A stretch of DNA of 64,000 nt. Origin: Callorhinchus milii (lineage: Eukaryota). A program made the position numbers and the translations under genes. Below are positions 1 through 10,589 of this stretch, in pieces (position 1 is the stretch's first letter; each line of letters begins with the position of its first letter). Location: contig NW_024704743.1 of the NCBI RefSeq assembly GCF_018977255.1, forward strand, positions 50,656,001-50,720,000, written 5' to 3'. Below the pieces are notes generated by a model. It was given only the letters and a program-made list of their open reading frames with translations, searched no databases and had not been told where the DNA came from.

Positions 1-189
1 ACCTTGTAGGATAGGCAAGGTAAATGGTATCCAGCTGATGGAGCATTTTATTGTTTTTTTAAAAATATTCAGACAAAAATATTTTCAGGCACTGCTACTC
101 TTTTAACGATTCTCCCTTGTACATATATAAACAATACATAAAATGTTTTTTTTTCCCCCTCCTCAAACATTCCCCCCTCTCATTCCTGA

Positions 190-455
190 CTCATTATCCC
201 TTTTATTAGTACCATGAGCATCAGTAACTCGCCCAAGTTGTCATCAGTCATATATGAGCCTCGATACTGAGTGTTTTGTAAGGAGTGGGAAGATATGATT
301 GCTAAACTGATCCTGTACCGAGCTGTGTCGGCACACACATTTTCCAATAAAGAAAAGGGGTGGGGGCAGGGGGTCTGGACAGCAATCAGGATGGTTAAGA
401 TAATCCACCATCTATAACCACTACCCCAAATTCCTGCCTGAGCTGACATTAACTA
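190..455 (-). mobile_element. Decayed SINE-like repeat (family B)
   Basis: Minus strand shares CCTGATTGCTGTCCAGACCCCTGC...GGAAAATGTGTGTG...ACAGGATCAG with copies at ~11.6, 19.6, 33.7 and 60.6 kb. Confidence 0.5.
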
Positions 456-807
456 TCTAAGCAAAAACTGAAAACATTTAGAACTCTACGGGCACAGTGA
501 CCAGTGGGTTATTGCAGGTAACATTACGGTTGTAGATTTTGTTGGTGAGTAGAAATAGGATCGCACAGGAGGCTTAGAGTATGATTTAGTCAGTAAATGC
601 ATGGCTGACTTCAGAGTAACAATTGTTTTGAAAAGAGTGCAGATGCCACAATGAGTTCCACTATTTTATTTGTAATTGTGCTTTTACTGTGAAATTTAGC
701 TCAGCGCATGAATCAAGACTCAAGTTTCCTAGGATATTTAATCTACAAAATGAATAATTACTGAGCAAAATAATTCCATTCAGCACACTATGTAATGATG
801 CTAAACA

Positions 808-2160
808 TGATGAAACCCACCACCTGCTGCCTCGACCCCCTCCCCACCCAATTGCTGATCACCCAGCTCCCCCTCTTCTGCCCACTGCTGGCAGACACTA
901 TTAACCAGTCTCTCTCCTCAGGATCAGTCCCACTCCCCTTCAAAACCGCAGTCATCACCCCCCTCCTTAAAAAAAACCTACCCTCGATCCTTCCAACCTC
1001 AGCTACTACCGCCCTACCTCAAACCTACCCTTCCTTGCCAAAGCTCTGGAATGCATTGTTGCCAACCAACTTTGCACACACCTCTCCCTCCATACATTAC
1101 TCAAACCCCTTGAGTTTGGTTTCTGCCCTGCCCACAGTACAGAGACAGCGCTCCTGAAGGTCACAAACAATATCCACTCTATCTGTGACCAGGGCTCCCT
1201 CTGTCTTCTCGTCCTTCTGGACCTCTCCGCCTCGTTCGACACAGTCGATCACGCCATCCTCCTCCACCGCTATCCTCCATCATCCACCTCAGTGAGTCTA
1301 CACTTGCTTGGTTTGAGTCCTACCTTACAAACCGCCAGCACTACATTTCTGTAAATGGCTTTTCTTCTCGCTTCTACCCAGTCGCCTGTGGGTCACACCA
1401 CGGATTTATCCTTGGCCCTCTTCTCCTCCTCATCTATATGCTCCCTCTCGGTGATGTCACCTGCAGACACGGGGTTAACTTCCATTTTTGCGGATGACAC
1501 TCAACTCTACTTTTCTACCTCCAGTTGCAACCCCCAGTGCCCTGATGTTCTGTCAGCTTGTCTGTCAGACATCAAGAACTGGATGAGAGCAAGTTTCCTG
1601 CAGGTAAACGTCAACAAGATGGAAGCCATACTCTTCGGCTTCTGCCAACGTCTTCTGACCCACGGTTCCGACCACCTCAACCTACCTGACATGTCCTTAA
1701 ACACGCACCAAACGTTGTACCCAGATTACTCCAGTCCTTGCCAAACTCCACTGGCTCCCTGTCACAAAGCGGATTGACTTTAAGATCCTCACTCTAGTGT
1801 TTCAATCCCTCCATCCTTGGCATCCCCCCATCTCTCTAACCTCCTCACTCCCCACAGCAGTACCCGCTGCCTCCGTTCTACTGGGTCCGGCCTCCTTTGC
1901 GTCCCCCTAATCCTGTATTCCACAATTGGCGGCTGTGCCTTCAGCCACTACACCTTGAAACTTTGGAACTCCCTCCCTCAACCCCTTTGCCTCGCCCCCT
2001 CCTTCCCCATTTTCAAGTCGTGCCTGCAGATCTTCTTTTTCGATCGCACCTACGGTCACCTTAACCCTCTCCGTTGCTCAGCCTCAGGCTCCGCCATTCT
2101 AAAGCGCTCTGAGACACTGCCTGGCGTGGAGGGCCTATATAAAGGCAAGTTGTTGTTGAT
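808..2160 (+). mobile_element. 5'-truncated, frameshifted L2-clade LINE (RT region and 3' tail)
   Basis: Translated motifs KPTTCCLDPLP, VPLPFKTAVITPLLKK, LLDLSASFDTVDH, FADDTQLY, DIKNWM; ends in ...GGGCCTATATAAAGGCAAG(TTG)n. Confidence 0.92.
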
Positions 2161-2634
2161 TACTTCACGAATTAATGATGCATTAGGTGATATGCATCAT
2201 ACTCTTTTTTTAAAAAAAACTCATTAACCTTGGTACCTAAATGCATCATTTCCAGAGTATTAGTGAAACATTTCAGTTCTGAAGATTTGACATTCCAACC
2301 TTTCCTCACTTCAACACTACAGGGACTATGAAATAATCCAAGCCACCAAATGTGCATACCTGCTTTCATTTTCTATTAGAAAAATGCCTAGTTAATATAA
2401 TCCTTGCATTTTTTCTGGATGCTGCCCAACAAGAGAATTATAATTAAATACAATTCATAAAAAGCATATTAACTACAAATGATCTTCTGATTTACAGCAG
2501 CACAGGGAAAGTTTTAAAAGCCTTTGTTCTCCATGAGAAGTTTCAGTACAATTGTCTGATTTATCACTATTCCATGTTAGGAAAGGAACTTATTGGTCAT
2601 TTACAGGAAGAATTCTTAATACATATATCAACCC

Positions 2635-3222
2635 GGTTCAATTGGAAGCACTTGCTTTTCTACGTCAGACAGTTGTGAGTTCAAGGCCCCCATCAGGACA
2701 ATTAAATATTTTTAGTCAGTCAGCAAAATAACATTTTTTGATTGAATATTTCTTGATTAATATCATAAATAATGTCAAAAACACTTTACCGATCGAACAT
2801 GGACTTACCTAGACTAGTGCTAATGTTCAGCGGGCAATTTCTTGAAGGCCAGCGGGCCGGAACTAGCCCACTGGCCATAGTTTGGCCAGCACTGATCTAG
2901 GTTGATACTCCAATACAGTGCTAGAAGAAACTCTGCATCGTTGGAGGTGCTGTCCTATGGATGAGACATTCAACAGAGATGCCATCCCATTTTCAGATCA
3001 TTATTAAAGATCCCATGGCACTATTTAAAAAAAGGGAGATTTTCCTGCCCGACAATTCTCCAGATAAATTTGCTATTCACTTCATGGCTGTTTGTGGAGA
3101 TGTGCTGTGCACAAATTGGCTACAAAATGCACAATCACTACAATAAGTACTGTGAAACCCTTTGAGACATCTCGTCTGACATGAAAGCCACTATATCAAA
3201 TGCAAAGACTATTATCATAATA
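2635..3222 (+). mobile_element. Deu-domain (SacSINE1/AmnSINE-like) SINE interrupted by a DNA transposon fragment
   Basis: tRNA-like head at ~2635-2700; body TTAAAGATCCCATGGCACTATT...GCTGTTTGTGGAGATGTGCTGTGCACAAATTGGCT; tail CTATATCAAATGCAAAG. Confidence 0.75.
2845..2894 (-). mobile_element. hAT-Charlie-type terminal fragment
   Basis: Minus strand CAGTGCTGGCCAAACTATGGCCAGTGGGCTAGTTCCGGCCCGC resembles MER58/Charlie ends; followed by ATCTAGGT, a Charlie-like 8 bp target. Other terminus not found. Confidence 0.55.
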
Positions 3223-3694
3223 ACTTTTGTTTTACTAAGAATTATTTGATGCCATAAAAGGATGCATTATATCAGAACTCAACTGATTGACAAGTTGAGG
3301 ACTCAGCAAAAGTTACAAGTTCACTTATTGTAAAAGGTAACTCACAAGCATACAACCTTTTGATCAAACATAAATCGATGCTATACCTTGCATAAAACTC
3401 AATTAAACTTCTGCTTTATGTTAAGAGATTCCACCCATGAACACTGAGGCTTACATTGCTTGGAAGTACCACTTTGTGTTTTGCCCAGTGTCCTAGCCAA
3501 CAATCCCCCATATTAATGAGTCATCCACCTCATGGTATTCTGTGGAACTGAATACTGCTTACAAAAACAGTCACTACATTTGACAGTAATTATTTGTGAA
3601 GTACTTTGAGACATTTCAATCTGATTGAAATGCAAGATCTTTCTTAGTAAAGCTTCTTATGATGTATTTGTTGACATTTTAGCATTCGTAAAAT

Positions 3695-4200
3695 TACAGC
3701 AGGACATTTGGCCCAACGTCAATGCCAGTTTATACTCCACATGAGCCTCCATTTCTCCTAATCCCCTCGCCACCTCTATTTCCTTCTCCCGCGTGTATTC
3801 ATTGTTTCTTCTTAAATACATTGATGTGTTTTGCTTCAACCATAGCTTCGGGCAGCGAGTTCCACATTCTCGACACCCTTTACGTAAAGAAGTTCCTCCT
3901 AAACTCACCTCTAGATCTGCTGCTGCCTATCTTATATTTATGACCCCTCATTTTGGACTCACCAATAAGTGGAAACAACCTGTTAACATCCACCTTATAA
4001 AATCATTTAATAATTTTAAACACCTATATCAGGATCCCTCTCCATTTTCTTATCTCCAGAGAGAAAAGCTCTAATCTGTCCAATGTTTCCTGATAGCTGT
4101 ATTTACTTATCTGTGGTAACATCCTAGTAAAATATACTGTCTTCTAGCCAATGCTAGAATATCTTCCCTGTTTTATAGTGACCAGAATTGCCCACATAAA
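3695..4200 (-). mobile_element. CR1 LINE 3' fragment
   Basis: Same ORF2-end/3'UTR pattern as the clearer CR1 at 40.2-40.7 kb (GAGTTCCACATTCTCGACACCCT...AAGAAGTTCCTCCT; GAGAAAAGCTCTAATCTGTCCAA). Confidence 0.75.
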
Positions 4201-4484
4201 TTGAATTAATTGAACTTTTTGAGGAAGTCAGTGTGTAGATGAAGAATAACCTGCACATTTCATTAGAAGGTAAGTTTTTTAAAAAAAACATTCAGCAGCA
4301 CAAGCAAATTAGGACACAGAGTTTTTTCACTGCAAAACCTTCTTTGCAGCAAGTTTTTCTGTACTCTGGTTCACCCAAATAACATGGCAAGATTTACCCT
4401 AACTTCAAAGCATTGCCTGCAAAGTCCACCTACAAACAGTCACTAACTTTACAGAAAACTCTCTGAAGTGCACTGCTGATTCCC

Positions 4485-4637
4485 GACATAAGACACTGCA
4501 TCAAATGCAAGGATTATTATTATTATTGCTTGCCCCCACCCCCCCCACGCTCGGGTCCTGATCCCTGACTGTTCAGCGCCTTGGGACGTCCTCGCGACGT
4601 GAAAGGCGCTTTACAAATGCAATTTTGTTGTTGTTAT
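4485..4637 (+). mobile_element. SINE 3' tail followed directly by an L2 3' tail
   Basis: TCAAATGCAAGG(ATT)n, then GCGCCTTGGGACGTCCTCGCGACGTGAAAGGCGCTTTACAAATGCAATT(TTG)n. Confidence 0.75.
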
Positions 4638-4966
4638 TTGAAAGCCTGTGGGTGGTCAATGTGCTTCTTCTCGCTGTGGAGAACGCATATGGGAGTTGGA
4701 AGCCATCGCTCAACCTTGCACTCCAGGGACAGCAACAGTGCAGTACATCACATTACAGGGTCCTGTACAGTATGTTTCTGGCTTGGTCTCAGATGCATGT
4801 GTACAGCACCCTCTAGCGTTGGAGAGCCCTCTCCCCCTCCTTCCTCTGCACATGATTCTCACAACTTGCTGTCCTCGCAAACCTGTTGCACGACACGAAA
4901 AGGCACGACAGGAGCTGGAGCAGCCGCTGCAGTGAGTGAGTGAGTGAGTGAGTGGGACTGACTCAC

Positions 4967-5051
4967 CGCTGCTCTCGTCCACCTCGGGGAACCCCAACCT
5001 CGACAAGTGCCGGGCGGTGCTGGCAGGACAGGTCCCACTGGCAAAGTCCTT
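4967..5051 (-). CDS. Putative coding exon 2 of an unidentified secreted/membrane protein (KDFASGTCPASTARHLSRLGFPEVDESS, ends phase 1)
   Basis: Branch-site consensus CTCTAAC (5093-5087), acceptor TTTCAG| (5057-5052), consensus donor |GTGAGT (4966-4961); 85 nt, open and in frame with the upstream exon; GC/CpG-rich. Confidence 0.65.
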
Positions 5052-5186
5052 CTGAAACATACACACACACACACACGCACACAGAGGTTAGAGGAGATGC
5101 ACATCCCACAACACTTATACACTCCACACTCCCGACAACAAGGTCTTAAGTGCAAACCAGAAACAAACCCATCCAGCAGCCCGCCC

Positions 5187-5914
5187 GGCAACACCTGGAT
5201 AGAGAGAGAGAGAAGAGCAGAGCAAGAGAGGCAACACCTGGATAGAGAGAGAGAGAAGGGCAGAGCAAGAGAGGCAACACCTGGAGAGAGAGAGAGAGAA
5301 GGGCAGAGCAAGAGAGGCAACACCTGGAGAGAGAGAGAGAGAAGGGCAGAGCAAGAGAGGCAACACCTGGAGAGAGAGAGAGAGAAGGGCAGAGCAAGAG
5401 AGGCAACACCTGGAGAGAGAGAGAGAGAAGGGCAGAACAAGAGAGGCAACACCTGGAGAGAGAGAGAGAGAAGGGCAGAGCAAGAGAGGCAACACCTGGA
5501 GAGAGAGAGAGAGAAGGGCAGAGCAAGAGAGGCAACACCTGGATAGAGAGAGAGAGAAGGGCAGAGCAAGAGAGGCAACACCTGGATAGAGAGAGAGAGA
5601 AGGGCAGAGCAAGAGAGGCAACACCTGGAGAGAGAGAGAGGGGCAGAGCAAGAGAGGCAACACCTGGAGAGAGAGAGAGAAGGGCAGAGCAAGAGAGGCA
5701 ACACCTGGATAGAGAGAGAGAGAAGGGCAGAGCAAGAGAGGCAACACCTGGATAGAGAGAGAGAGAAGGGCAGAGCAAGAGAGGCAACACCTGGAGAGAG
5801 AGAGAGGGGCAGAGCAAGAGAGGCAACACCTGGAGAGAGAGAGAGAAGGGCAGAGCAAGAGAGGCAACACCTGGATAGAGAGAGAGAGAAGGGCAGAGCA
5901 AGAGAGGCAACACC

Positions 5915-5946
<32 letters not shown>
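5187..5946. repeat. Minisatellite, 18 units of 39-43 bp: GGCAACACCTGGA(GA)nAGGGCAGAGCAAGAGA
   Basis: 18 occurrences of GGCAACACCTGG counted from 5187 to 5906; ends in a pure (GA)n tract. Confidence 0.97.
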
Positions 5947-5949
<3 letters not shown>

Positions 5950-6001
5950 CGAAGGAAACTTATACAGACAGAGAAACACAGAGAGAATCGATAACAGATA
6001 C

Positions 6002-6097
6002 CTGTAGGAGAACTGCGGTCAGCAACACGAGCTGACAGGCGGCGGCTGCTCTCCTCCCCGCCTGGCAGCCACATCCCGCACCCCCCGCACCAGGCAT
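6002..6097 (-). CDS. Putative first coding exon, signal-peptide-like (MPGAGGAGCGCQAGRRAAAACQLVLLTAVLLQ)
   Basis: ATG at 6097 with a purine at -3; basic residues followed by a hydrophobic run; CAG|GTATCT donor at 6002/6001 (moderate strength), 96 nt, phase 0. Confidence 0.6.
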
Positions 6098-6102
6098 CTC
6101 CT

Positions 6103-6405
6103 CACTGCCAGGCTCAGCACCAGCACCAGCACCAGCACCCACACTGCCAGCTCAGCACCAGCACCCACACTGCCAGCTCAGCACCAGCACCAGCACCCAC
6201 ACTGCCAGGCTCAGCACCAGCACCAGCACCAGCACCCACACTGCACAGCTCAGCTCAGCAGCAGCACCCACACTGCCAGGCTCAGCACCAGCACCAGCAC
6301 CAGCACCCACACTGCCAGCACCAGCACCCACACTGCACAGCTCAGCTCAGCAGCAGCACCCACACTGCACAGCTCAGCTCAGCAGCAGCACCCACACTGC
6401 ACAGC
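6103..6405. repeat. Irregular minisatellite built from CAGCAC / CCCACACTGC / CAGCT modules
   Basis: Directly visible tandem repeats immediately 5' of the putative ATG. Confidence 0.95.
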
Positions 6406-6409
6406 CCGG

Positions 6410-7290
6410 AACAGAGCTGCTCCACTCTCCTTCAAACACCTGAGCAAAGGGTTTGGACTTTTGTTTTCCCTTTTCTTTTAACTTAAACACATGTAATATT
6501 TTACTAATGCAACTTCCCGGCTCAGCAGATCACCGCCCCCCACCCCCTGCCCCCCCCCCCCCCACTCTCTCTCCTCCCTCCCTCCCTCCCTCCCTCCCCC
6601 CCCTCCCCGCTTTGAAAAAAAAAGACCCTATTAAACAGCCCAAAAAAGTTTGCATTTTTTGGGGGAAAGCAAACAACTCTGAAGGTTTTCTCGCATTGAC
6701 AGGTACATCAGGAGCTGAACTCCTCCCTCTCTCCCTCTCTCTCTCTCTCTCTCTCCGGTCGGTGTGGCAGTGGCTGTGAATGAAAGCCTCTCTTCTCACT
6801 GGGACTGTCACAGCCGCTCTCTCCTCTCCTCTCCTCTCCTCTCCTCACTCCCTCCACTCCACTCCACTCCCTCTCTATCAAAAACTCTCTCCCTCTCTCC
6901 AAATGTGCCCCCTATCCGCAGCCGCCGGTTGCAAAGATGAAGGTGCAACTGGTTTGGTTGCTCTGGGCAGGGCTTTGCTGCCCGCCTGGCGATGTCACTG
7001 CGCGGCAGGAGAAGTCGGCTCTGTCTGATTCGTGCCTCTTAGAACTGCCTACACCTGGCGGTGCGCTCCCTCCTCCTCCTCCTCCTCCTCCTCCCGCTGC
7101 CTCTCCCGCTGCCTCTCCCTCTCCCGCTGCCTCTCCCTCTCCCGCTGCCTCTGCCTCTCCCGCTGCCTCTCCCTCTCCCGCTGCCTCTGCCTCTCCTGCC
7201 TCTGCTGCCTCTGCTTTACCCCGTGTTGTGTGTGAGCGGCTCTGCTCTCACCCCCACTCCCAGCACATGTGGCTTTGTGAGTAAATCTTC
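6410..7290 (-). promoter_or_regulatory. Probable promoter / 5'UTR region (GC- and CpG-enriched, with C-runs, CT microsatellites and a CTCTCCCGCTGC repeat)
   Basis: CpG clearly denser than in the flanks; free of LINE/SINE insertions; lies upstream of the ATG exon. TSS not locatable from sequence. Confidence 0.5.
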
Positions 7291-7299
7291 CAACTTTGC

Positions 7300-9110
7300 C
7301 CCCACCCACTCACTCACTCACTCACCCACTCACTCACTCACTCACCCACTCACTCACTCACTCCCTCACTCACTCCCCCACTCACTCACCCACTCACTCA
7401 CTCACTCACCCACTCACTCACTCACTCCCCCACTCACCCACTCACTCACCCACTCACTCACTCACTCCCTCACTCACTCCCCCACTCACTCACCCACTCA
7501 CTCACTCACTCACCCACTCACTCACTCACTCCCTCACTCACTCCCCCACTCACTCACCCACTCACTCACTCACTCACCCACTCACTCACTCACTCCCCCA
7601 CTCACCCACTCACTCACTCACTCACCCACTCACTCACTCACTCACCCACTCACCCACTCACTCACTCACTCACCCACTCACTCACCCACTCACTCACTCA
7701 CTCACCCACTCACTCACTCACTCACTCACTCACTCCCCCACTCACCCACTCACTCACTCACTCACTCACCCACTCACTCACTCACTCACCCACTCACTCA
7801 CTCACTCACTCACTCCCCCACTCACTCACTCACTCCCCCACTCACTCACTCACCCACTCACTCCCTCACTCCACTCACTCACTCACGCACTCACTCACTC
7901 ACTCACTCCCCCACTCACTCACTCACTCCCTCCCCACTCACTCACTCACTCCCCCACTCACTCACTCACTCACCCACTCACTCACTCACTCACTCCCCCA
8001 CTCACTCACTCACCCACTCACTCACTCACTCCCCCACTCACTCACTCACTCCCCCACCCACTCACTCACTCACTCCCCCACCCACTCCCCCACTCACTCC
8101 CTCACTCACCCACTCACTCACTCACCCACCCACTCACTCACCCACTCACTCACCCACCCACTCACTCACTCACTCACCCACTCACTCACTCACCCACTCA
8201 CTCACTCACTCACTCCCCCACTCACTCACCCACTCACTCACTCACTCACTCACTCCCCCACTCACTCACTCACTCACTCACTCACTCACTCCCCCACTCA
8301 CTCAATCACTCCCCCACTCACTCACTCCCCCCTCACTCACTCACTCACTCACTCCCCCACTCACTCACTCCCCCACTCACTCCCTCCCCCACCCACTCAC
8401 TCACTCCCCCACTCACTTACTCACTCCCCCACTCACTCCCTCCCCCACTCACTCACTCACTCCCCCACTCACTCACTCACTCCCCCACTCCCCCACCCAC
8501 TCACTCCCCCACTCACTCCCCCACTCACTCACTCCCCCACTCACTCACTCACTCACTCACTCACTCACTCACTCCCCCACTCACTCACTCACTCCCCCAC
8601 CCACTCACTCACTCACTCACTCCCCCACCCACCCACCCACTCACTCACTCACTCACTCACTCACTCACTCACTCACTCACTCACTCACTCACTCACTCAC
8701 TCACTCACTCACTCCCCCACCCACTCACTCACTCACTCCCCCACCCACTCACTCACTCACCCACCCACTCACTCACTCACTCACTCCCCCACCCACTCAC
8801 TCACTCACTCCCCCACCCACTCACTCACTCACTCCCCCACTCACTCCCCCACCCACTCACCCACTCACTCACTCACTCCCCTACCCACTCACTCCTCCCT
8901 CCCCACCCACTCACTCACTCACTCCCCTACCCACTCACTCCCTCCCTCCCCCCCCCACCCACTCACTCACTCCCTACCCACTCACTCCCTCCCTCCCCAC
9001 CCACTCACTCACTCACTCCCCCACCCACTCACTCACTCACTCACTCCCTCCCCCACCCACTCACTCACTCCCCCACCCACTCACTCACTCACTCCCCCCA
9101 CTCACTCACA
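7300..9110. repeat. ~1.8 kb (CACT)n microsatellite with CACC/CCCC variant units
   Basis: Directly visible; produces the spurious 697 aa and 719 aa ORFs. Confidence 0.98.
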
Positions 9111-9182
9111 CAGTGCCGACTGACAGCTCACTCCCACCAATCGCCCAGTGCTGATGCCATCAGCTTGTCATCTGCCCGCCCC

Positions 9183-9396
9183 GGGGGGGGGGGGGGGGGG
9201 GGGGGCTGGGTGGAGGGGGGAGTGGGGGGGGGGCTGGGGGGAGTGGGGCTGGGGGGAGGGGGGTGCTGGGGGAGGGGGGTGCTGGGGGGGAGGGGGGGGT
9301 GCTGGGGGGGGAGGGGGGGGCAGGCAAAAGTTTATGTCTCATCCTTAAGTGTATCTATTCTCCCCCCCCCCCCCACCCACCCTCCACCCCCACCCA
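9183..9396. repeat. Poly-G / G-run tract followed by a C-run tract (G-quadruplex-forming potential)
   Basis: Long G homopolymer plus many G4-G9 runs at 9183-9320; C-runs at 9362-9395. Confidence 0.9.
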
Positions 9397-9849
9397 TCGC
9401 ACAAACATCTTCCTCACCTATGTGCAATAAACCTCATATAAGTTGGATCAGTTGAGACCATGCGTTTAACCATGACTTGTGCAAAGTATGAGCTGTGTCA
9501 AACTTGCATTGATTACAAACTCTTGAACGGGATTTAGGCAGATGTACGACTTAGGCAATTGTACAATTTAGTTGGATCCGATTTATGCGAGTGTTACTCT
9601 GTCTGCTGTTTCAAACAAATCAGATTGTGCAAATTGTAGAGAACAGGCTAAGGCAGTGTTGTAAAGGATTAAATACACTTTTTACTATCTCCTATTTTCT
9701 GACACCATATCAACCGTGTAAACAAAGACACACACTGTAATCCTGTTTCACATGATACAAACAAAATAAACCAGAAAGGTCCTGTGATATGTTTCTGGAA
9801 TAACAAAGTCACATGTGTGATTTGACCAGTCAAGTTCATGAGTTGTTTA

Positions 9850-10052
9850 AATAATAAAAATCCTTGCATTTGATATTGCACCTTATCATGCCTTTGAGAC
9901 GTCTCAAAGCGCTTCACAGAATATACTGTAAATTGAATTGACTGTGTAGTTTATAGGCAAAACACGACAGCCAACTTCACATAGCAGTGTCCCACAAACA
10001 GTTGCGGATTGAGTCACCACATTTTTTTAAAAATGGCATGAAAAAGCATTCA
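9850..10052 (-). mobile_element. 5'-truncated SINE (family A 3' half)
   Basis: AATCCTTGCATTTGATAT...GTCTCAAAGCGCTTCACAGAATATACTGTAAA...CCCACAAACAG. Confidence 0.85.
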
Positions 10053-10054
10053 TT

Positions 10055-10500
10055 CTTGTAGCATCTTATCACATTGGAATTTCTCAAATTACTTTAGAGT
10101 CTAATACAGTGATAGTTTTTGTTGGTAAAAGTGGAAAAAGTTAGGGCGTCAGCAAGGTTCCACAAACAGCCATGAGGTGATAACCACATATTCTAGAGGA
10201 TAAATACAAGACACATAATTCTCCTGTTTCTTTTCAAATAATAGCAATGTGAGATATTTAACATCCACCTGTAACAGGTTATTAGATTAAAATTGCCCAC
10301 AAATATACAGTCAATTCACTTTTACAGTATATTCTGTGAAGCGCTTTGAGACGTCTAGAAGATGTGAAAAGCACTATATCAAATGCAAGGAATATTATTA
10401 TTATTATCTCAGTTGAATGAAGCTACTTACAACAATGTAGATCTTCATTGGTGTTGCTGTAGAGTGTCAGCCTAGGTTACAAGTTCAAATCCCAACATGG
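10055..10500 (-). mobile_element. Old Deu-SINE with a plus-strand family A tail inserted at ~10293-10405
   Basis: CCACAAACAGCCATGA, TTTAACATCCACCTG, GTGTCAGCCTAG (reverse Deu body), interrupted by a SINE tail ending in (ATT)n. Confidence 0.65.
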
Positions 10501-10589
10501 AGCTCGGGTGGATGGGAGGAAGGGGAGAGGTAAGCAGGGTTGGCTGTAGAGCTGAACTGGCTCAAAGGTTGGGTGCTTGGCAACTGAAT

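Noticed and set aside
5187..5946. Regularly spaced repeats that could be mistaken for a CRISPR array
   Set aside because: The intervening sequences are identical (GA)n tracts, not unique spacers; eukaryotic context with no cas genes
4859..6074. Overlapping 179-319 aa ORFs rich in LSLS/ERER
   Set aside because: Products of the 39-43 bp minisatellite; open in several frames only because of low complexity
4967..6097. Assigning a gene symbol (the phase-0/phase-1 short-exon layout recalls some ADAM/ADAMTS-type genes)
   Set aside because: Many secreted-protein genes share this layout and the 60 aa contain no diagnostic motif
7061..9455. 697 aa and 719 aa ORFs (THSL/HSPT repeats)
   Set aside because: Translations of the (CACT)n microsatellite, which cannot contain stop codons on this strand; no true ATG context or domain
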